From an uncultured Phycisphaerales bacterium (GTDB lineage Bacteria; Planctomycetota; Phycisphaerae; Tepidisphaerales; Tepidisphaeraceae), in assembly GCA_963755915.1 (NCBI GenBank), contig CAVWLP010000003.1, positions 1,440,001 through 1,504,000 of the forward strand: a stretch of 64,000 nt of DNA. The letters are read 5' to 3'. A model generated the notes under the pieces. It was not told the origin of the DNA. It made no database searches and was given only the letters and a program-made list of their open reading frames with translations. Positions within the stretch are counted from its first letter, which is position 1. Each line of letters opens with the position of its first letter. This document shows, piece after piece, positions 10,469 to 21,700 of the stretch. Made by a program: the position numbers and the translations under genes.

Positions 10469-11380
10469 TCAGGGTCCAATCGCCCGGATTGTTAAATCGA
10501 AGAGCCGGTCTACTTCGAGCCGGGTTTCATCGTCGAGGACAAATCCAACCGGACTGCGAACGAGCGAATTGGAAAAGATGCCTTGTTTTACGAGAAGGTA
10601 TTTTTCGATGGTTAGAAAAGCGTCGAGGCTGGTCGGAATCGACATCAGCGCGGAGATGGGCATCGAAATACGATTGGCGCGTTCGGTGTTATTGTTTCGG
10701 AGGGCTCGCCAGAGGGCGACGATTCCCTTGATCAAATCGGCTCCGGGCATTGTTCCGGCGACTCCGCGGCGATAACTATCGATAAGCGCTTTTCCGCCGG
10801 TGCCTTCGAATATTCGGGCTTCGCCGGCGGTTATGTCGCGCAGGGCGCTAAGTCGCGGGCCTGCGGAAGTGCCCTCTGGTTTGAAAAGTATTCGGTCGGC
10901 GCCGAACTCGATCAGCAACTCGGCCTGGATGGACAATGGGATCTGACGGCCTAAATAACCGCTGGCGTCCTGGATGATGAGCGGGATGTTTATTGCGCGA
11001 ATTATTCGCTGGTAGTATCGCTTCAGGACGGGTCCATCGGCGGCGATCGTTATGGGGGGAATGGCCATTACGGCGGCGGCGCCGCAATGCTGGGCGTGTT
11101 GGGCCAACCGTTCTGAAACGATGCTGCTTTCTGATCCGACACTGACGATGACGGGCCCGCGGTCGCGAGCAAAATGACATGCGTTTTTGGCCAGCGCTTT
11201 GCGCTCGGGGGTGGAGAGCCTGAGTACTTCTGAGACCATGGCCATGACGATGCCGCTGGCGCCGTTTTCGAACAGCCAGTCGATTTCGCGGCTGAGGGTC
11301 GGGAAGTCTATGGACTCGTCGTCGAGATACGGCGTTTGAAAGACCGGGAGAACTCCTTCGATTTGCGCGGCGCGGCTCAT
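10469..11380 (-). CDS. dihydrodipicolinate synthase / keto-deoxy-sugar-acid aldolase family protein
   Basis: GVLPVFQTPY..IDF, MVSEV..LS..ER, AVMAIPP, IIQD, Schiff-base Lys in LFKPE. Confidence 0.88.
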   Translation of the reverse strand: MSRAAQIEGVLPVFQTPYLDDESIDFPTLSREIDWLFENGASGIVMAMVSEVLRLSTPERKALAKNACHFARDRGPVIVSVGSESSIVSERLAQHAQHCGAAAVMAIPPITIAADGPVLKRYYQRIIRAINIPLIIQDASGYLGRQIPLSIQAELLIEFGADRILFKPEGTSAGPRLSALRDITAGEARIFEGTGGKALIDSYRRGVAGTMPGADLIKGIVALWRALRNNNTERANRISMPISALMSIPTSLDAFLTIEKYLLVKQGIFSNSLVRSPVGFVLDDETRLEVDRLFDLTIRAIGP

Positions 11381-11429
11381 ATCGATTTGCGATTCGTGGC
11401 CGGGGGGTGGGTGAGATCGATTCGGCGCG

Positions 11430-12466
11430 TCAAGCCTTGTCCATGCAACATTTTTTATATTTCTTTCCGCTGCCGCAGGGGCAAGGGTCGTTTCTGCCGG
11501 TTTTCGAATCCGCGGCGGGGTTCTTCGGGCGTCGGTTTTTGGCCAAGGTCTTCGTTGCCGAGAGTGAAAGCTGTGGTAATGGCGATAATGCAAATGGCGC
11601 TGGGTCCTGATTCGCAGGCGGCGGGCTGGAACGGCGCGGGCTTTGGGGAATCGGGGCGGGGGAACTGGGTTTTTCTTCCGTGAATTCGCGTAGCTCAAGC
11701 TTCACCTGATGCTGAGGCGCATCGGCTCCGCCCAGTTCGACTCCGCGAAAGTAGTGCTTTTGCCAACCGTTGTTTGAGGTTTTCGGGCCGGTTGTTTTGA
11801 GATTGTGGAGAAATTTTGAGCGGCTGTTGGACCAATTCATGTAGGCTGAAAAGACTTCGGGATGTCGCCGGACGTCGCGGATTTCGGGGACGAAGGATTC
11901 AAGCAAGGCGCGCGGCTGGGGCGTTACCATGCATATCGGCTCGTCTTTTTCGAAGACGACCGGTGCGTGAGGACGCGTGAAGCGCCAGTTCATGGTGAAT
12001 GTGGCGACGGTCCAATCGGTTTCGACGATTCCTTCGAGCGGGGCGATTCCATCTTTTTGCAGATTTGCCGGTCCGCGAACGTGAAGATTGAACCCGGGAG
12101 AGGTGCGAAAGAGGAAGGGGAGGATGAAGGTGAGGACGCCTTCGCCGAAATGTCCGACGGCGGCGCACTTTTCGGCGTGATCAAGACGTTCGATGCGGAC
12201 GCAGGTGGGGTCCCAGCCGCCGGTCCAGGTTGCGCGGATGGGTTGGTCGTTGAGAATCCACCATCCGGATTGATTGGCGATCAAGAGCGGCAGACAACGA
12301 TTGGCGACGTGCTGGCGGGTATCATCCATCCATTGGCGGGCGCGGGGGCGCGAACGAGCCTCATGCGTGGCCAATCGGTTACGCGATAGGCGATTAACTG
12401 GGGGGTCTGCAGCTCGGGCTGAGTAGCTGTGGCCGCGGGAGAGGCTGGGCTTTCATTTGCGGACAT
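11430..12466 (-). CDS. DUF6065-family protein with C-terminal SEC-C zinc motif (frameshift ~12340)
   Basis: R.WMD....ANRCLPLLIANQSGW, HFGEGVLTF, GPAN..KDGIAPLEGIVETDW, FTMNWRFTRP; ends GRNDPCPCGSGKKYKKCC. Confidence 0.8.
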
Positions 12467-12611
12467 GGGAACAAGCGACATTCGGGATCGACGGCGCGGT
12501 TGAGCCGACGACACGGAACATAATTTTACGCGTTATTCTTCGTGAGTGTATCAATTTCGAAGAATAGACGCGCGAAAACGGCGCGGGCGCAGTGATTCGA
12601 TATTCGACTTC

Positions 12612-12647
12612 GTACCTTTATATATCACTATGTACCAATTTCAAGAA
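12612..12647 (-). promoter_or_regulatory. promoter/operator copy A (TTGAAA-16-TATAAA overlapped by TGGTAC/TGATAT/AGGTAC array)
   Basis: Reverse complement TTCTTGAAATTGGTACATAGTGATATATAAAGGTAC is 33/35 identical to 39031-39065. Confidence 0.75.
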
Positions 12648-12919
12648 TAAAATGGACGAAAGCGCGTAGTTACCGGCGGGCGAAATGCGCTTTGAAGCGC
12701 GTTTCGAATTTGCGGAGCGGGCAACCGCTAAAGTCGCAAAAGGTGCGGAAGAGTTTGATTGAAACGAATGCCGCTCCGGCGATCCGCGTCATAGGAATTC
12801 AATTGTTGAAAAGGCGGGGCGGCGCTGTTAATATGCCTCAACAAGACGTTGCTGATAAGTTAATACCACTTGCGATAACCGCCGCGCTCGTAACGAGCAA
12901 ATTCGCAGAATTCACACCG

Positions 12920-14422
12920 ATGGGACGATTATTCGTCGCTATTTTCCTTTTTCTGATTGCCGCAAGTGTTGCGATCTACTGGTACATCCCCGACCTGCAT
13001 GAGGAACGTCCGGTTCTCTATTGGATCACCGACACATATCCCCAACAGCGCGAGCAGGTGAAGGATTTTTACCGCTGGCTCGTCGCGCATGGGCATACGA
13101 CGCCGGCCGGCCGGCCGTGCATGGAGCTGCGCATCGACAGTGCGAACGACGACATCTCGAAGATCTTGATCCAGGGAATTTCGGGCGATTGCGGAGACAT
13201 CGTCGAAGAGGGCGGGTTCGGCCTGCAAGTTCTGCAGCAGGCGGGTATGCTTGAGGATGTGACCGAGGCGGCCCGGGCGAACGGGTTTGATCTCGGCCAC
13301 ACTTATTCGGCGCTGGAGCCGGAGATGATCTATGACGGGCGGCAATATTGTTATCCCCGGCAGGTTTATGGATTTGTCTACGTGGTAAACGACCAGACGT
13401 TTCGAAAATATGGGTTGAATCCGCCTCCGACGCGGTGGGACCTGGACGAGTTTGAAAGCATCGGGAGGCAATTTGTAAATGCGGCGAACCCGCCTGGGAA
13501 ACGGCGAACGGTGTTCCTGGCCAATGAAGTGTGCACCGTATACCTTTGGCGGAGTTTTGGGCTGTCGATGTTCAACGAAACATTAACGCGCTGCACGTTG
13601 GACGATCCGCGATATGCGGAAACCCTGAGGTTGATTCATAAGTGGACTTATGAGGACCATCTATTGCCGTCCGCCGCCGATCTGCAATCCGTGGCGACAA
13701 AATCTGCGACGCAGTTCGGGGATTCGAGGATTCAGATGTTTGTTGATGGGCAATATGCCATGATATTCATCGGCCGGCATGGGTTGCCGCTGATTCGGCC
13801 CCATGGCAAGCTTGAATTGAGCGTGGCAGAGCCGCCAAACGGCGGCTTTCCGAACACAAGTGCGGACGGCACTGAGGTGGCAATTTACGCGGGTTCGAAG
13901 CACGTTCAACTGGCGGAGTTATTTTTGGAATTCATTGCGAGCGATGATTTCAGCAATGAGATTGCGGTAAGCGCCGACTCGGTTCCGCCGAATCCGGCGA
14001 CGACGAAGACGGCCGCGTATCTTCGGCCGCCTCTGTATCCCAACGAATGGGGCATCCACGAGAAATTCGCGAGTGCGATCAACGACATCGGAATTGGCGA
14101 CGAGGTCAGTCCGTATGTCCTGACCTTGTCCGGATATATTGCCGAAGAAGATGCGCGGGAGGCATACATGGCGGGCCTTTGCAGCGCACAAGAAGCCGGC
14201 GAGAAGGCGGCTCAACACGTCAACGCGGAAATCGAGCGAAATCTGGAGGACAATCCGGATCTGCGCGATCAATATGCAAAGGACGTAGCCCTGCAGGGGC
14301 AAATCGATCAGCTTCGAGCGGCGGGAAAGCGGGTTCCTTTGTCGTGGATATCCAATCCATTCTATCGCAAGTACTACCAGGCGAAGGGTTGGGCAGAAAC
14401 ATCAACGCATGATCACTCGTAA
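12920..14422 (+). CDS. carbohydrate ABC transporter solute-binding protein (N-terminal TM anchor)
   Basis: Hydrophobic N-terminus, YDGRQYCYP..YVVN..F.KYGL.PP..W family-1 SBP pattern, adjacent permeases. Confidence 0.85.
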   Translation: MGRLFVAIFLFLIAASVAIYWYIPDLHEERPVLYWITDTYPQQREQVKDFYRWLVAHGHTTPAGRPCMELRIDSANDDISKILIQGISGDCGDIVEEGGFGLQVLQQAGMLEDVTEAARANGFDLGHTYSALEPEMIYDGRQYCYPRQVYGFVYVVNDQTFRKYGLNPPPTRWDLDEFESIGRQFVNAANPPGKRRTVFLANEVCTVYLWRSFGLSMFNETLTRCTLDDPRYAETLRLIHKWTYEDHLLPSAADLQSVATKSATQFGDSRIQMFVDGQYAMIFIGRHGLPLIRPHGKLELSVAEPPNGGFPNTSADGTEVAIYAGSKHVQLAELFLEFIASDDFSNEIAVSADSVPPNPATTKTAAYLRPPLYPNEWGIHEKFASAINDIGIGDEVSPYVLTLSGYIAEEDAREAYMAGLCSAQEAGEKAAQHVNAEIERNLEDNPDLRDQYAKDVALQGQIDQLRAAGKRVPLSWISNPFYRKYYQAKGWAETSTHDHS

Positions 14423-15887
14423 GGAATGGCGCAGTTTGGCGGTCGGGCTGCAGTTTCTTGCGCCGAACATTCTCACTTTTCTCGCGTTTACAATCTTACC
14501 GGTTGTCTTCAGCCTGGTGATGGCGTTCTCGAATTACGATTTGCTTCGCCACAATCGTTTTCACCACAGTTCATTGCAATTTCCGACGTGGGAAAACTTT
14601 TCCCGGTTGTTCGCCGACCCGGATTTCTGGACCTATTTCGGAAATACGCTGTTCTTTCTGCTGGCGGTTCCAATTGGCATCGCGGCGAGCTTGCTGGCGG
14701 CGCTGGCGCTGAATCTCGAACCGAACGCCGGTTCCAAAAATGTTCGCGTGGTGATGATCGCGGTTTCGGTGTTCATTACAGGCATCGCCGCACTTTTGCT
14801 GGCGGGTGCCAAGACGAGTGCCATGATCTGCCTGCTGACTCTTTTGCCGTGTGGAGTGCTGGTTTTGGGCGCTATCGGCGGGGCGAGCGCGTACCGAACC
14901 CTTTTTTATATTCCCAGCTTTACGTCGGGCGTGGCAGTCTTCATCGTTTGGGCAAAGCTTTATAACCCTCACGTCGGCCCGATTAATTCCGCTCTGGCGC
15001 CTTCGTTGCGAACGATTACCTGGATCGTCAATACGCTTCCTCCTTATGCGCCGCAGATCGGGTTTTGGGTCTGCCTGTTGTTGGCCGGATTTGTTTTGGC
15101 AATAACAATTCGTCGCTTGCGGCTGCTATGGAACGACGGTGATCTGGGGATTGTCGCGGCGATTGCGCTGGTGCTGCTTCTGGTGATGAGCGTTGGCATC
15201 GCCGTTTTCTGGCTGCCGACGAATTCGAGCAAAATATTTCTGACGGCCGAGGCGGCGATCGTCGTCGCGTGGTATGTCGGCCGGTCGGCGCAGGGTCCAA
15301 ATTTCAAATGTCCGGCTACGAGCGGTGGGGGGGGAGCGGGTATACTTGTGGCGGGATCGATTTGCGCTCAGTTCATATTTGTAGGATTGGGAATCGTTCT
15401 TTTTTATTTGCGGGCCAACGCCGCGCAGGGCCTGGAACCGCCTTCCTGGTTGACGCAATACTATTGGGCCAAGCCCGCTCTGATGTTGATGGGTCTGTGG
15501 GCCGCGATTGGCTCGAACAACATGCTATTGTACCTGGCGGCGCTGAGCAATATGCCGGCTGAGCTATATGAAGCGGCGGATATCGACGGCGCCGGGCGGC
15601 TTTCGAAGTTCTGGAACGTGACTTGGCCGCAACTTGCGCCAACGACATTCCTCATCGCGATCACGAGCATTATTGGCGGATTGCAGGGCGGATTCGATTC
15701 GGCGCGGGCGATGACGGACGGTGGACCGGCGGGATCCACAACAACGCTGGCATACTACATTTATTCGCAGGGATTTTTATCTGGGCATCTCGGATATGCG
15801 TCCGCGATCGCGTGGGTCATGTTCTTAATGATTCTGGTCATCACGGTGGTCAACTGGAAATGGGGGAGCCAAAATGTCAACGACTGA
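14409..15887 (+). CDS. carbohydrate ABC transporter permease (MalF/UgpA type, large TM insertions)
   Basis: FLAPN..F, ELYEAADIDGA EAA loop, FWNVTWPQLAPTT, GYASAIAW. Confidence 0.92.
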   Translation: MITRKEWRSLAVGLQFLAPNILTFLAFTILPVVFSLVMAFSNYDLLRHNRFHHSSLQFPTWENFSRLFADPDFWTYFGNTLFFLLAVPIGIAASLLAALALNLEPNAGSKNVRVVMIAVSVFITGIAALLLAGAKTSAMICLLTLLPCGVLVLGAIGGASAYRTLFYIPSFTSGVAVFIVWAKLYNPHVGPINSALAPSLRTITWIVNTLPPYAPQIGFWVCLLLAGFVLAITIRRLRLLWNDGDLGIVAAIALVLLLVMSVGIAVFWLPTNSSKIFLTAEAAIVVAWYVGRSAQGPNFKCPATSGGGGAGILVAGSICAQFIFVGLGIVLFYLRANAAQGLEPPSWLTQYYWAKPALMLMGLWAAIGSNNMLLYLAALSNMPAELYEAADIDGAGRLSKFWNVTWPQLAPTTFLIAITSIIGGLQGGFDSARAMTDGGPAGSTTTLAYYIYSQGFLSGHLGYASAIAWVMFLMILVITVVNWKWGSQNVND

Positions 15888-16776
15888 AGCAATTCCGGTC
15901 GAGCGGGCCGTTGAGCCAGAAGTAAGCGAGGCACGTCCGGTTCGGATATTCAAGCGACCCAGGCTTATATCGTCGTTTGCGCTTCACCTGGGGCTGGTGG
16001 TCACCGCCACATTTATGATTCTGCCGTTTGTGTGGATGATACTGACCAGCCTGAAGACCGCGCCTGAAACGGAGATGAGCAAATGGTTTCCTTCTACAGC
16101 TCAATGGCACAATTACAAAGATATATTCATCGCACCCGGCGTTGAATTCGGCCGGTGGTACGTCAATTCCATTTTCATCGCGGCGTGGACAACGTTTCTT
16201 CAGATATTCACTAGCGCAATCGCGGCATTCGCATTTGCCCGATTGCGGTGGCCGGGACGGGACAAGATCTTTTTCGTCTATGTGATGACGATGATGATTC
16301 CGGGTCTAATCCTGATCATCCCGAATTACCAGATCATGATCGATCTGCACCTCGTGGATAGTTACCTTGGACTGATTTTGCCCGGTGCCTGCAGCGTTTT
16401 CGGTACGTTCATGTTGCGCCAGTTCATGTTGACAATACCGACGAGTATTGACGAAGCGGCCAAGATCGACGGAGCTGGTGAATGGCGGATTTTTTGGGAA
16501 ATCATCATGCCGTTATCGCGCTCTGGTTTGGTGACGCTCGCGATCTTCTGTTTCATCGGCAACTATCAGAGCTTTTTCTGGCCGCTGGTCATGGTAAAGA
16601 GCAGTTATCTTTACACGTTGCCTATCGGGCTGCTGGCCTTCGACTCCTCGCAGGGCCAGAGCATGCAACTGCTTATGGCCGCCACGGCCCTGGCGATCGT
16701 GCCGCTGATTATTCTGTTCGTGGCGATGCAGAAACAGTTAATCCGCGGAATTCAGCTTGGCGCGGTAAAAGGCTAA
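15874..16776 (+). CDS. carbohydrate ABC transporter permease (MalG/UgpE type)
   Basis: PFVWMILTSLK, AAFAFARL, IDEAAKIDGA, GAVKG C-terminus. Confidence 0.94.
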   Translation: MSTTEAIPVERAVEPEVSEARPVRIFKRPRLISSFALHLGLVVTATFMILPFVWMILTSLKTAPETEMSKWFPSTAQWHNYKDIFIAPGVEFGRWYVNSIFIAAWTTFLQIFTSAIAAFAFARLRWPGRDKIFFVYVMTMMIPGLILIIPNYQIMIDLHLVDSYLGLILPGACSVFGTFMLRQFMLTIPTSIDEAAKIDGAGEWRIFWEIIMPLSRSGLVTLAIFCFIGNYQSFFWPLVMVKSSYLYTLPIGLLAFDSSQGQSMQLLMAATALAIVPLIILFVAMQKQLIRGIQLGAVKG

Positions 16777-17696
16777 AGAAGTTTGGATTGATGCATCCAG
16801 TTCACGGCTCTTTGCATGCTGGTTTCGGGGGTGTGTTTCGGGATGTAGCCAAGCTTCGATTTGATCGACGAAATATCCGCACACATGTGGGCCTCGAAAT
16901 GAAATCTCGCGCCCTTGTCTGGAATCAATTTTACAAATTCCGGCGATGAAATGCGGGCGATTGGAATGGATACGCCGTAAATCTGTGCGTAAGTTTTGAC
17001 AAATTCAGATGCGGTAAGCGAGTAGGCGGCCCCAACGTTGAAGATGTTTCCCTGCGCGTTCTTCGATTGTTCGATTGCGAGGAGAAACGCCTGCGCGACG
17101 TCTTCGGCGTCGCATGGGCCGATCAGGATATCGGGGCCTTCCGGCAGTTGAACGCGTTTTCCCCCCACCAATTCACGGTGAACGGACAGGCTTCGACCCC
17201 CTTGCGTATCGAGCGGAATCTTGCCGGGCCCACAGATATTCGGCGGCAAAATTGCGGTAAACGGAGGGCCCGCTGACAAACTGCGATCCAGAAGTTTCTG
17301 GATGATATTCCAACGTAGGCGATATCCCTCGTCCCAAACAGGCGATTGCGATTGCTCCGCGCAGGGAATGCGATTTGGTGTGCCGAGCATCCACACCGAG
17401 CCACAAGCGATGACGTGGTTGCAGATGGTCCGAACCGCATCATAGGTTTCGTCGAGAGCCGTGCCGAGAAGATCGACAAACGTATCGAGATGGCCGAGCG
17501 TTCGAAGCGTTTTGATCCAAACGGAGTCGCCGGCGATGTAATCGCCGTGAATGATTCGCATCGACTCAAGTTGTTCGGTTTGCGGAAGCGGTGTTTTTCC
17601 GCGAGCGATAACGATTACCTCATGACCGCGCCGCGCAAGCATTGGTATGAGATGGCCTCCGATGTGGCCGGTTCCCCCAACAATGGCGACTTTCAT
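16773..17696 (-). CDS. NAD-dependent epimerase/dehydratase family protein
   Basis: VGGTGHIGG Rossmann motif, DVAQAF..A..GNIFNVG, LGY.P. Confidence 0.85.
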   Translation of the reverse strand: MKVAIVGGTGHIGGHLIPMLARRGHEVIVIARGKTPLPQTEQLESMRIIHGDYIAGDSVWIKTLRTLGHLDTFVDLLGTALDETYDAVRTICNHVIACGSVWMLGTPNRIPCAEQSQSPVWDEGYRLRWNIIQKLLDRSLSAGPPFTAILPPNICGPGKIPLDTQGGRSLSVHRELVGGKRVQLPEGPDILIGPCDAEDVAQAFLLAIEQSKNAQGNIFNVGAAYSLTASEFVKTYAQIYGVSIPIARISSPEFVKLIPDKGARFHFEAHMCADISSIKSKLGYIPKHTPETSMQRAVNWMHQSKLL

Positions 17697-17711
17697 GTTT
17701 ACTCCAAAGCG

Positions 17712-18795
17712 TTAAACGAGATTCGTGGCATCTGACGCCATCTTTTCAGCGTCGCCGCCAAGGAGCAAGCCCGCGATCCTGGCAATCGCGGGCGCGGGGC
17801 CTCGGTAGGCCCAGGTCTGGCAAAAATCATGGTGCATCGACCGGCCCGTGCCGAATCCAATCGCGGGTCCGTGGTATTCCAGTTCGGTGAAAGCGACCGA
17901 GGGGGTCCAGTAGTTGCAGACTTGGACACAGGAGCCCTCGAGCTTGCGATCGTCAAAAGGCGTGTCGATATAGCGTTCTGATGGATACACAGGGAAAGTT
18001 CGGACGATCAGGTTCCAGAATTGGTCCACCGATGGATACAAATAAGCCATGCGGCCGGATGCGTCGATCGCGGAGACGCTGACCTTGCCGACGCCGCGCA
18101 CTCGCGAGCGAAAGCCAAGAAAGTTTGCGTGGATGGCCAGATCATTCGGCGGGATCAGGCCGAACATAACCTTGGGATCGGTAGGGCGGTAAGTTGAAAC
18201 CAACGCCAGTCCGCCGTGCGGCAACTGCAATAAACTCCAGAGCGAGCACAGAGCCGAGGGGTGATCGATCCCCTCGAGTAGTTCGATGCTTACGAAAGTG
18301 CTGTAGCCGGCGTAGGCGACGTTTTTGTGCGATGATTGAATTGCAAGCGGGTCGCGCGGGGGTAAACCATTTGATGATTCGCACGGAGATGCTGATGCGA
18401 GACTGCAAAAGATGAAGGCGCCGAGTCATCACCAGGCGCGGATTAGCACCAGTGGTCTCGACCACGTAGCTGCCTGGATCGAGCTCAATGGGAACCCTAT
18501 GGCTCTGCATCGGATTCTTTATGTCGCGTATAAAAAATTCCGCCTCTGGACTGAGCCAGGTTCTATCTCCGCCGACATTGGGCCATTCGCTGGCGTAGAC
18601 TTTGCCGGCGGCGACAGGGTGCGTGAAATCGGGGTTGGTCCACAGGAAATTTGGGGCATCAATCGATGTAAAGAGTCCCAACGCTCGCCCCCCGTGGGGA
18701 AGGACGAGTAGTTGGGCTCCATCCCCTAAATGAATTCGAAACGTAAATCGGCCCAGGAATCTCAGGACGCCGACCAATTGTTCCATCGATTGCAT
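17712..18795 (-). CDS. conserved hypothetical protein, DUF6786-like (frameshift ~18355)
   Basis: PHGGRALGL..NFLWTNP, WPNVGGDRTWLSPE, C-terminal FTELEYHGP; two ORFs join across one frameshift. Confidence 0.6.
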
Positions 18796-18796
18796 A

Positions 18797-21700
18797 TCAG
18801 ATAGGCGCCGAACCATTGCGATGACGGCGGCGTCGGAACAGGAAAGTTTTTGAACTCAGGGCCATAAGACCAAGTGCGGCGGGTTCGGGAACGTTGGGCA
18901 TCGACAGCCCATTGGCCACGGCGAAGGCTTCGAGCGCCTGCAAGTCTGCGACCGAAACCGCAGATGGGCCGCCGACGCCTTGACCGAAGTTGGCGGCGAG
19001 GCTGCTGAAATCGGAGCCGTTAACGACACCATTGTAATCGAAATCGCCCTGGTCCCAGCCCTTAACGCTATGGCCGAAGTTCGCGGCAAGGATGCTGAAA
19101 TCAGATCCATTCACGACGCCGTCAAGATTGGCGTCGCCAAGCAGGGTGTACCTGACTTCAATTTGTCCGGAAGAAAGGCCAGCGACGACGCGGTCGGCTC
19201 CATCGGCATATCCAACACCATAGCGCAGGCCATTTACCGATAGGGGCGCTGTGGTAACAATTCCGGGGCCGTTCCAAAAGCCCCCGTTGTATCCGGAGGC
19301 AACGTAGCCGGCGATCGTCTCAATTGGAGATGCGCCGGTGTAGGTAAGAATGAGGCGGTTGTCATTGACATCGAGTACGCCGCCGCCGCTTATTGAGAGG
19401 AAGGTAATCGTGGCCAACCCGGTGTTCATGCCCAATTGCAATGTTCCGCCGGTAATGGTGACGGCGCCATCAGGCAGTGCGCCATTGACACCGATGATCA
19501 ATTTTCCGGCCGAAACGTTGGTTCCACCGCTGTAAGTGTTGACTGTTGAAAGAGTCGCGGTAGCGGTTCCGGATTTGAAAAGCGGCTCGTTTCCACCGAT
19601 GCCGCCGCTGCCGCTAAAAGTGTAGTTGCCATGGCTATTGTCGATCGTCACCGAGTTCGGGGTCACGACTGTGTTCAGGGTCACGGAATAATTGCCATTG
19701 TTGGAGTCGTTGAAGACTGCGGCATTGCCATTGGCGTAAGCGGAAGGGGTTCCGTTGATATTCCAATTTGGCATTGCGGTGTCCCAGGTTTCGCCATCGC
19801 CTGAGGCGCCTGCGTTGTCCCAGGTCGCGGTAACGGGTGGCGTCTGGTAGACGAGAATATCATCGATAAATCCGCCGGGATTGGTTGTTCCACCTGGATC
19901 ATAGAACCCGATTTGCGAGAATCCGCCGGTCCAGCCGCTGGCCATCTGGTAAACGAGAAGGCTGTCGATATAGATCGAAACGCCAGAGCCATTGAAGTCG
20001 AACTCGACTTTTTGCCAATCGTCGGAGATCGTGGCCGTGCCAGTGTCTTGTGAGGTGACATTGTTGGCCTGATCCATCACGTTGTAGTCCGATGTGGCGC
20101 CGTTGGCGAAAACCGCAACGGACTGCCCTTGTGCATTGATTGCGCGAAAGCCGATGTACTGGCCGAAATTGGTGAGGTTGTCGTAAAAATATGCAGAGAC
20201 CGAGCCGGTTTCATTCGACGGAGAGATTTGCCGCGTGGCGTTGACGCTGCCGATTCCGAACTCAACGGAATTGCCGCCGTTGTTGCCGTGATCCATCGCG
20301 CTGGTCAACATTGGAGTTACGCCACTCCACGCCGCGTTGAGTTGGGCCTGGCTGGAGTACTCGTCAAATCGCTCATCGAAAGCGGGTGAGGGCCTGGGTA
20401 GAGCGGTCTGCCCCAGGAGGGCCTGGAACGCGAGGCTGGACGGCGACGAGATGGCGCCATTCAGCGCGGGATTATTCTGAGACGCATTGCCCATCATGAA
20501 CCACATCAGGCCGTTTACGTCCGAATTTGAGACGGCCGTGTTGTAATACCATTCTTGCTGCTGGAGAGATGGGAAGCCGTATCCTCCGCCACCGAAGCTA
20601 TCGCCGAGCATGAGGATCGGCTTGCCGGATTCGACGCCACGGATCGCATTCAGGTCGGCATTTACGCCCGCCGTATATTGGGCAAAGGTCGTCGTGCCGC
20701 TGGTGTTGATGTAATAATCGAACATGTACAGATCGAGATTTCGCGGCGCCTGGCCATTGGTGGGATCGTCCAGGTTCATAGTGATGGGCACAGAGCCGCC
20801 GAAATAGCTTTCAGCGGCTGAAGCCAGCGCTTCCATTTGGCTGCGAGTCCAGCCATTTCCATCCGGTTCGTCAACCAGATCGAGGGCATAGACGTCTTTC
20901 TGATAACCGTTGATTACCTGCTCGAGCGAGGCGAATCCCGTTGACCAGGAACTTGGATCATTTTGGTTAAAACCTGCGCCATAGACAACACACTTGTAAC
21001 CAAGATTCACCGCATCCACGAGCGTTCGGTGGGGATCAGGCGAGCCATATCGCGTATCGTCGAGAATCAACGTTAAATTCGTGTAGTCGTAAAGCCGAGT
21101 TCCGTAAGAACTACCGGGTGCAGGCGGGATGATCACCTTATCCATGTAGTCGCCGTAGACCGATGTTTCGGCGAAATAGTAGCCGTAATAAAACGGTCGA
21201 GTCGGCGGGGGCGACAGTGGGGATGGCACTTGAACGGGAGCTTGATTCTGCTGATAAAAGCGCACGGCGCTGAGCGCGACGTTCTGGCTTGTTCCGCCGG
21301 AGTAGTTGTAGTTTGTGGGAGCGGCCGTGATGACCACGTCCTTCACGCGAGCGCCGTTGAAATTGACGATTTGGCTCACCGGGCTATACAAGTTTGATCC
21401 GGAGAGATTGGTCGCCTCAGGAATTGGCGCGGTGGATACGGTGGTCCAGTTGAAGCCGTCGTCGGTATACTGGATGGTGACGTCCTGCAAACCCTGGTCG
21501 TCATAGTTGTAATTGGTACTGTCCTGATTGCCGTTCCAAATCCACATTTGACCGATCGAGTAGCTCTGATTGAAAGAGAATTCTATCCAATGGCTGAAGT
21601 CGGTAATGCCGGTCGGATCGGGATTTTCGGCGCTGTCGGATATCTGGCCGCTGAGCCACATGGAAGGGGTAAACGAAGGCGTGTTCGACGCCTGGGGTCC

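Noticed and set aside
12692-12919. Extended N-termini from the ORF track (SBP from 12692, DHDPS from 11698, M24 from 62907, DSD1 from 62824)
   Set aside because: The extensions overlap promoter regions or neighbouring genes and lack family similarity; downstream ATGs were chosen.
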